From NCBI GenBank assembly GCA_964016885.1, contig OZ024743.1:2170001-2234000 (forward strand): a stretch of DNA of 64,000 nt. The letters are read 5' to 3'. Both the position numbers and the translations under genes were made by a program. Shown one piece after another: positions 54,801 to 64,000 of this stretch (the stretch's first letter is position 1; the number at the start of each line of letters is the position of its first letter). The stretch is from Eledone cirrhosa. Taxonomy: Eukaryota. The notes under the pieces were generated by a model. That model did no database searches, was not told the origin of the DNA, and was given only the letters and a program-made list of their open reading frames with translations.

Positions 54801-57800
54801 ATAAGGACCAGGAGACAGTTGGATAAGGACCAGACGACTGTTGGATGAGGACCAGGAGACAGTTGGATAAGGACCAGGAGACTGTTGGATAAGGACCAGG
54901 AGACAGTTGGATGAGGACCAGGAGACAGTTGGATAAGGACCAGGAGACAGTTGGATAAGGACCAGACGACTGTTGGATAAGGACCAGGAGACTGTTGGAT
55001 GAGGACCAGGAGACAGTTGGATAAGGACCAGGAGACTGTTGGATAAGGACCAGGAGACTGTTGGATGAGGACCAGGAGACAGTTGGATAAGGACCAGGAG
55101 ACAGTTGGATAAGGACCAGACGACTGTTGGATAAGGACCAGGAGACTGTTGGATAAGGACCAGGAGACTGTTGGATAAGGACCAGGAGACAGTTGGATAA
55201 GGACCAGACGACTGTTGGATAAGGACCAGGAGACAGTTGGATAAGGACCAGGAGACAGTTGGATAAGGGCCAGACGACTGTTGGATAAGGACCAGGAGAC
55301 AGTTGGATAAGGACCAGGAGACAGTTGGATAAGGACCAGACGACTGTTGGATAAGGACCAGGAGACAGTTGGATAAGGACCAGGAGACAGTTGGATAAGG
55401 GCCAGACGACTGTTGGATAAGGACCAGGAGACAGTTGGATAAGGACCAGACGACTGTTGGATAAGGACCAGGAGACAGTTGGATAAGGACCAGGAGACTG
55501 TTGGATAAGGACCAGGAGACTGTTGGATAAGGACCAGGAGACAGTTGGATAAGGACCAGACGACTGTTGGATAAGGACCAGGAGACTGTTGGATGAGGAC
55601 CAGGAGACAGTTGGATAAGGGCCAGACGACTGTTGGATAAGGACCAGGAGACAGTTGGATAAGGACCAGGAGACTGTTGGATAAGGACCAGGAGACTGTT
55701 GGATGAGGACCAGGAGACTGTTGGATAAGGGCCAGGAGACTGTTGGATGAGGACCAGGAGACAGTTGGATAAGGACCAGGAGACTGTTGGATGAGGACCA
55801 GGAGACAGTTGGATAAGGACCAGGAGACTGTTGGATAAGGACCAGGAGACTGTTGGATGAGGACCAGGAGACAGTTGGATAAGGACCAGGAGACAGTTGG
55901 ATAAGGACCAGACGACTGTTGGATAAGGACCAGGAGACTGTTGGATAAGGACCAGGAGACTGTTGGATAAGGACCAGGAGACAGTTGGATAAGGACCAGA
56001 CGACTGTTGGATAAGGACCAGGAGACAGTTGGATAAGGACCAGGAGACAGTTGGATAAGGGCCAGACGACTGTTGGATAAGGACCAGGAGACAGTTGGAT
56101 AAGGACTAGACGACTGTTGGATAAGGACCAGGAGACAGTTGGATAAGGACCAGGAGACAGTTGGATAAGGACCAGACGACTGTTGGATAAGGACCAGCAG
56201 ACAGTTGGATAAGGACCAGGAGACAGTTGGATAAGGACCAGACGACTGTTGGATAAGGACCAGGAGACAGTTGGATAAGGACCAGACGACTGTTGGATAA
56301 GGACCAGGAGACAGTTGGATAAGGACCAGGAGACAGTTGGATAAGGGCCAGACGACTGTTGGATAAGGACCAGGAGACAGTTGGATAAGGACCAGACGAC
56401 TGTTGGATAAGGACCAGGAGACAGTTGGATAAGGACCAGGAGACTGTTGGATAAGGACCAGGAGACAGTTGGATAAGGACCAGGAGACTGTTGGATAAGG
56501 ACCAGGAGACTGTTGGATAAGGACCAGGAGACAGTTGGATAAGGACCAGGAGACTGTTGGATGAGGACCAGGAGACTGTTGGATAAGGACCAGGAGACAG
56601 TTGGATAAGGACCAGGAGACTGTTGGAAAAGGACCAGGAGACTGTTGGATAAGGACCAGGAGACTGTTGGATAAGGACCAGGAGACTGTTGGATAAGGAC
56701 CAGACGAAAGTAGGATAAGGACCAGACGAAAGTAGGATAAGGACCAGGAGACTGTTGGATAAGGACCAGGAGACTGTTGGATAAGGACCAGGAGACTGTT
56801 GGATAAGGACCAGGAGACTGTTGGATAAGGACCAGGAGACTGTTGGATAAGGACCAGACGAAAGTAGGATAAGGACCAGGAGACTGTTGGATAAGGACCA
56901 GGAGACAGTTGGATAAGGACCAGGAGACTGTTGGATAAGGACCAGGAGACAGTTGGATAAGGACCAGGAGACTGTTGGATAAGGACCAGACGAAAGTAGG
57001 ATAAGGACCAGACGAAAGTAGGATAAGGACCAGGAGACTGTTGGATAAGGACCAGGAGACTGTTGGATAAGGACCAGGAGACAGTTGGATAAGGACCAGG
57101 AGACTGTTGGATAAGGACCAGACGAAAGTAGGATAAGGACCAGACGAAAGTAGGATAAGGACCAGGAGACTGTTGGATAAGGACCAGGAGACAGTTGGAT
57201 AAGGACCAGACGACTGTTGGATAAGGACCAGGAGACTGTTGGATAAGGACCAGGAGACTGTCGGATAAGGACCAGACGACTGTTGGATAAGGACCAGGAG
57301 ACAGTTGGATAAGGACCAGGAGACAGTTGGATAAGGACCAGGAGACAGCTGGATAAGGACCAGGAGACTGTTGGATAAGGACCAGGAGACTGTTGGATAA
57401 GGACCAGGAGACTGTTGGATAAGGACCAGGAGACAGTTGGATAAGGACCAGGAGACAGTTGGATAAGGACCAGGAGACAGTTGGATAAGGACCAGGAGAC
57501 AGCTGGATAAGGACCAGGAGACTGTTGGATAAGGACCAGGAGACAGTTGGATAAGGACCAGGAGACAGTTGGATAAGGACCAGGAGACAGTTGGATAAGG
57601 ACCAGGAGACAGTTGGATAAGGACCAGGAGACAGTTGGATAAGGACCAGGAGACAGTTGGATAAGGACCAGGAGACTGTTGGATAAGGACCAGGAGACAG
57701 TTGGATAAGGACCAGGAGACTGTTGGATAAGGACCAGACGAAAGTAGGATAAGGACCAGGAGACTGTTGGATAAGGACCAGGAGACAGTTGGATAAGGAC

Positions 57801-60800
57801 CAGGAGACAGTTGGATAAGGACCAGGAGACAGTTGGATAAGGACCAGGAGACTGTTGGATAAGGACCAGGAGACAGTTGGATAAGGACCAGGAGACTGTT
57901 GGATAAGGACCAGACGAAAGTAGGATAAGGACCAGGAGACTGTTGGATAAGGACCAGGAGACTGTTGGATAAGGACCAGGAGACTGTTGGATAAGGACCA
58001 GGAGACAGTTGGATAAGGACCAGGAGACTGTTGGATAAGGACCAGGAGACAGTTGGATAAGGACCAGGAGACAGTTGGATAAGGACCAGGAGACAGTTGG
58101 ATAAGGACCAGGAGACTGTTGGATAAGGACCAGGAGACAGTTGGATAAGGACCAGATGACTGTTGGATAAGGACCAGGAGACTGTTGGATGAGGACCAGG
58201 AGACAGTTGGATAAGGGCCAGACGACTGTTGGATAAGGACCAGGAGACAGTTGGATAAGGACCAGGAGACTGTTGGATGAGGACCAGGAGACTGTTGGAT
58301 AAGGACCAGGAGACAGTTGGATAAGGACCAGGAGACAGTTGGATAAGGACCAGGAGACTGTTGGATGAGGACCAGGAGACAGTTGGATAAGGGCCAGACG
58401 ACTGTTGGATAAGGACCAGGAGACAGTTGGATAAGGACCAGGAGACAGTTGGATAAGGACCAGGAGACTGTTGGATAAGGACCAGACGAAAGTAGGATAA
58501 GGACCAGGAGACTGTTGGATAAGGACCAGGAGACAGTTGGATAAGGACCAGGAGACTGTTTGATAAGGACCAGGAGACTGTTGGATAAGGACCAGACGAA
58601 AGTAGGATAAGGACCAGGAGACTGTTGGATAAGGACCAGGAGACTGTTGGATAAGGACCAGGAGACAGTTGGATAAGGACCAGGAGACAGTTGGATAAGG
58701 ACCAGACGACTGTTGGATAAGGACCAGGAGACAGTTGGATAAGGACCAGGAGACAGTTGGATAAGGACCAGGAGACTGTTGGATAAGGACCAGGAGACTG
58801 TTGGATAAGGACCAGACGACTGTTGGATAAGGACCAGGAGACAGTTGGATAAGGACCAGGAGACAGTTGGATAAGGACCAGGAGACTGTTGGATAAGGAC
58901 CAGGAGACTGTTGGATAAGGACCAGGAGACTGTTGGATAAGGACCAGACGACTGTTGGATAAGGACCAGGAGACAGTTGGATAAGGACCAGGAGACAGTT
59001 AGGATAAGGACCAGACGACTGTTGGATAAGGACCAGGAGACTGTTGGATAAGGACCAGACGACTGTTGGATAAGGACCAGGAGACAGTTGGATAAGGACC
59101 AGGAGACAGTTGGATAAGGACCAGGAGACAGTTGGATAAGGACCAGGAGACAGTTGGATAAGGACCAGGAGACTGTTGGATAAGGACCAGGAGACTGTTG
59201 GATAAGGACCAGGAGACAGTTGGATAAGGACCAGGAGACAGTTGGATAAGGACCAGGAGACAGTTGGATAAGGACCAGGAGACAGTTGGATAAGGACCAG
59301 GAGACAGTTGGATAAGGACCAGGAGACTGTTGGATAAGGACCAGGAGACTGTTGGATAAGGACCAGGAGACTGTTGGATAAGGACCAGGAGACAGTTGGA
59401 TAAGGACCAGGAGACTGTTGGATAAGGACCAGGAGACAGTTGGATAAGGACCAGGAGACAGTTGGATAAGGACCAGGAGACAGTTGGATAAGGACCAGGA
59501 GACTGTTGGATAAGGACCAGGAGACAGTTGGATAAGGACCAGACGACTGTTGGATAAGGACCAGGAGACTGTTGGATGAGGACCAGGAGACAGTTGGATA
59601 AGGGCCAGACGACTGTTGGATAAGGACCAGGAGACAGTTGGATAAGGACCAGGAGACTGTTGGATGAGGACCAGGAGACTGTTGGATAAGGACCAGGAGA
59701 CAGTTGGATAAGGACCAGGAGACAGTTGGATAAGGACCAGGAGACAGTTGGATAAGGACCAGGAGACTGTTGGATGAGGACCAGGAGACAGTTGGATAAG
59801 GGCCAGACGACTGTTGGATAAGGACCAGGAGACAGTTGGATAAGGACCAGGAGACTGTTGGATAAGGACCAGGAGACTGTTGGATGAGGACCAGGAGACA
59901 GTTGGATAAGGACCAGGAGACTGTTGGATGAGGACCAGGAGACTGTTGGATAAGGACCAGGAGACAGTTGGATAAGGACCAGGAGACAGTTGGATAAGGA
60001 CCAGGAGACTGTTGGATGAGGACCAGGAGACAGTTGGATAAGGGCCAGACGACTGTTGGATAAGGACCAGGAGACAGTTGGATAAGGACCAGGAGACTGT
60101 TGGATAAGGACCAGGAGACAGTTGGATGAGGACCAGGAGACTGTTGGATGAGGACCAGGAGACAGTTGGATAAGGGCCAGACGACTGTTGGATAAGGACC
60201 AGGAGACAGTTGGATGAGGACCAGGAGACTGTTGGATAAGGACCAGGAGACTGTTGGATGAGGACCAGGAGACTGTTGGATAAGGGCCAGGAGACTGTTG
60301 GATGAGGACCAGGAGACAGTTGGATAAGGACCAGGAGACTGTTGGATGAGGATCAGGAGACTGTTGGATAAGGACCAGGAGACAGTTGGATAAGGACCAG
60401 ACGACAGTTGGATAAGGGCCAGGAGACTGTTGGATAAGGACCAGGAGACAGTTGGATAAGGACCAGGAGACTATTGGATAAGGACCAGACGACTGTTGGA
60501 TAAGGACCAGGAGACAGTTGGATAAGGACCAGGAGACTGTTGGATAAGGACCAGGAGACTGTTGGATAAGGACCAGGAGACTGTTGGATAAGGACCAGGA
60601 GACTGTTGGATAAGGACCAGGAGACAGTTGGATAAGGACCAGGAGACTGTTGGATAAGGACCAGGAGACAGTTGGATAAGGACCAGGAGACAGTTGGATA
60701 AGGACCAGGAGACAGTTGGATAAGGACCAGGAGACTGTTGGATAAGGACCAGGAGACAGTTGGATAAGGACCAGACGACTGTTGGATAAGGACCAGGAGA

Positions 60801-63800
60801 CTGTTAGATGAGGACCAGGAGACAGTTGGATAAGGGCCAGACGACTGTTGGATGAGGACCAGGAGACAGTTGGATGAGGACCAGGAGACTGTTGGATAAG
60901 GACCAGGAGACTGTTGGATGAGGACCAGGAGACAGTTGGATAAGGACCAGGAGACAGTTGGATAAGGACCAGACGACTGTTGGATAAGGACCAGGAGACT
61001 GTTGGATGAGGACCAGGAGACAGTTGGATAAGGACCAGGAGACTGTTGGATAAGGACCAGGAGACTGTTGGATGAGGACCAGGAGACAGTTGGATAAGGA
61101 CCAGGAGACAGTTGGATAAGGACCAGACGACTGTTGGATAAGGACCAGGAGACTGTTGGATAAGGACCAGGAGACTGTTGGATAAGGACCAGGAGACAGT
61201 TGGATAAGGACCAGACGACTGTTGGATAAGGACCAGGAGACAGTTGGATAAGGACCAGGAGACAGTTGGATAAGGGCCAGACGACTGTTGGATAAGGACC
61301 AGGAGACAGTTGGATAAGGACCAGGAGACAGTTGGATAAGGACCAGACGACTGTTGGATAAGGACCAGGAGACAGTTGGATAAGGACCAGGAGACAGTTG
61401 GATAAGGGCCAGACGACTGTTGGATAAGGACCAGGAGACAGTTGGATAAGGACCAGACGACTGTTGGATAAGGACCAGGAGACAGTTGGATAAGGACCAG
61501 GAGACTGTTGGATAAGGACCAGGAGACTGTTGGATAAGGACCAGGAGACAGTTGGATAAGGACCAGACGACTGTTGGATAAGGACCAGGAGACTGTTGGA
61601 TGAGGACCAGGAGACAGTTGGATAAGGGCCAGACGACTGTTGGATAAGGACCAGGAGACAGTTGGATAAGGACCAGGAGACTGTTGGATAAGGACCAGGA
61701 GACTGTTGGATGAGGACCAGGAGACTGTTGGATAAGGGCCAGGAGACTGTTGGATGAGGACCAGGAGACAGTTGGATAAGGACCAGGAGACTGTTGTATG
61801 AGGACCAGGAGACAGTTGGATAAGGACCAGGAGACTGTTGGATAAGGACCAGGAGACTGTTGGATGAGGACCAGGAGACAGTTGGATAAGGACCAGGAGA
61901 CAGTTGGATAAGGACCAGACGACTGTTGGATAAGGACCAGGAGACTGTTGGATAAGGACCAGGAGACTGTTGGATAAGGACCAGGAGACAGTTGGATAAG
62001 GACCAGACGACTGTTGGATAAGGACCAGGAGACAGTTGGATAAGGACCAGGAGACAGTTGGATAAGGGCCAGACGACTGTTGGATAAGGACCAGGAGACA
62101 GTTGGATAAGGACTAGACGACTGTTGGATAAGGACCAGGAGACAGTTGGATAAGGACCAGGAGACAGTTGGATAAGGACCAGACGACTGTTGGATAAGGA
62201 CCAGCAGACAGTTGGATAAGGACCAGGAGACAGTTGGATAAGGACCAGACGACTGTTGGATAAGGACCAGGAGACAGTTGGATAAGGACCAGACGACTGT
62301 TGGATAAGGACCAGGAGACAGTTGGATAAGGACCAGGAGACAGTTGGATAAGGGCCAGACGACTGTTGGATAAGGACCAGGAGACAGTTGGATAAGGACC
62401 AGACGACTGTTGGATAAGGACCAGGAGACAGTTGGATAAGGACCAGGAGACTGTTGGATAAGGACCAGGAGACAGTTGGATAAGGACCAGGAGACTGTTG
62501 GATAAGGACCAGGAGACTGTTGGATAAGGACCAGGAGACAGTTGGATAAGGACCAGGAGACTGTTGGATGAGGACCAGGAGACTGTTGGATAAGGACCAG
62601 GAGACAGTTGGATAAGGACCAGGAGACTGTTGGATAAGGACCAGGAGACTGTTGGATAAGGACCAGACGACTGTTGGATAAGGACCAGGAGACAGTTGGA
62701 TAAGGACCAGACGACTGTTGGATAAGGACCAGGAGACAGTTGGATAAGGACCAGACGACTGTTGGATAATGACCCGGAGACAGTTGGATAAGGACCAGGA
62801 GACAGTTGGATAAGGACCAGACGACTGTTGGATAAGGACCAGGAGACAGTTGGATAAGGGCCAGACGACTGTTGGATAAGGACCAGGAGACAGTTGGATA
62901 AGGACCAGACGACTGTTGGATAAGGACCAGGAGACAGTTGGATAAGGACCAGGAGACAGTTGGATAAGGACCAGACGACTGTTGGATAAGGACCAGGAGA
63001 CAGTTGGATAAGGACCAGGAGACAGTTGGATAAGGACCAGACGACTGTTGGATAAGGACCAGGAGACAGTTGGATAAGGACCAGGAGACAGTTGGATAAG
63101 GGCCAGACGACTGTTGGATAAGGACCAGGAGACAGTTGGATAAGGACCAGACGACTGTTGGATAAGGACCAGGAGACAGTTGGATAAGGACCAGGAGACT
63201 GTTGGATAAGGACCAGGAGACAGTTGGATAAGGACCAGGAGACTGTTGGATAAGGACCAGGAGACTGTTGGATAAGGACCAGGAGACAGTTGGATAAGGA
63301 CCAGGAGACTGTTGGATAAGGACCAGGAGACTGTTGGATAAGGACCAGGAGACAGTTGGATAAGGACCAGGAGACAGTTGGATAAGGACCAGGAGACAGT
63401 TGGATAAGGACCAGGAGACAGTTGGATAAGGACCAGACGACTGTTGGATAAGGACCAGGAGACAGTTGGATAAGGACCAGGAGACTGTTGGATAAGGACC
63501 AGGAGACTGTTGGATAAGGACCAGGAGACAGTTGGATAAGGACCAGACGACAGTTGGATAAGGACCAGGAGACTGTTGGATAAGGACCAGGAGACTGTTG
63601 GATAAGGACCAGGAGACAGTTGGATAAGGACCAGGAGACTGTTGGATAAGGACCAGGAGACTGTTGGATAAGGACCAGGAGACTGTTGGATAAGGACCAG
63701 GAGACTGTTGGATAAGGACCAGGAGACAGTTGGATAAGGACCAGGAGACAGTTGGATAAGGACCAGGAGACTGTTGGATAAGGACCAGGAGACAGTTGGA

Positions 63801-64000
63801 TAAGGACCAGGAGACAGTTGGATAAGGACCAGACGACTGTTGGATAAGGACCAGGAGACAGTTGGATAAGGACCAGGAGACTGTTGGATAAGGACCAGGA
63901 GACTGTTGGATAAGGACCAGGAGACTGTTGGATAAGGACCAGGAGACTGTTGGATAAGGACCAGACGACTGTTGGATAAGGACCAGGAGACTGTTGGATA
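30899..64000. repeat. 22-bp minisatellite/satellite array, about 1500 units, running off the window end
   Basis: Uninterrupted tandem units. Proximal consensus AGATGACAGTTG(G/A)ATAAG(G/A)AC(C/T); distal consensus AGGAGAC(A/T)GTTGGATAAGGACC. Occasional 21- or 23-nt units. Confidence 0.99.

Noticed and set aside
30899-64000. CRISPR-like array
   Set aside because: Units are directly adjacent with no unique spacers, there are no cas genes, and the context is a eukaryotic intron.
30899-64000. Telomeric or G-quadruplex repeat
   Set aside because: There is no TTAGGG array, and the G-runs are almost all only GG, so this is not canonical telomeric or strong G4 sequence.

Overview
This is AT-rich, microsatellite- and SINE-dense eukaryotic DNA; the repeat style suggests an octopus or other coleoid cephalopod, which is an inference. 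The window holds the last four coding exons of an inositol hexakisphosphate kinase (IP6K/IPK superfamily) gene on the minus strand: 23947-23731, 22907-22654, 20150-19975 and 18426-17884. They splice in frame and carry the PxxxDxKxG, SSLL and IDF motifs. One intron (20151-22653) has textbook minor-spliceosome (U12-type) signals. The expected N-terminal exon is not in the window. The upstream intron therefore appears to contain a >33 kb array of a 22-bp minisatellite (30899 to the window end, about 1500 units) with a polarised variant gradient and nested ~3 kb and ~6.1 kb higher-order duplications. The first 17 kb is a patchwork of degenerate RTE and CR1-like LINEs, a 5'-truncated CRE-like element with a restriction-like endonuclease, a mariner remnant, tRNA-derived SINEs, a hammerhead-like palindrome and (TA)n/(CA)n microsatellites. 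No CRISPR array and no prokaryotic genes are present.
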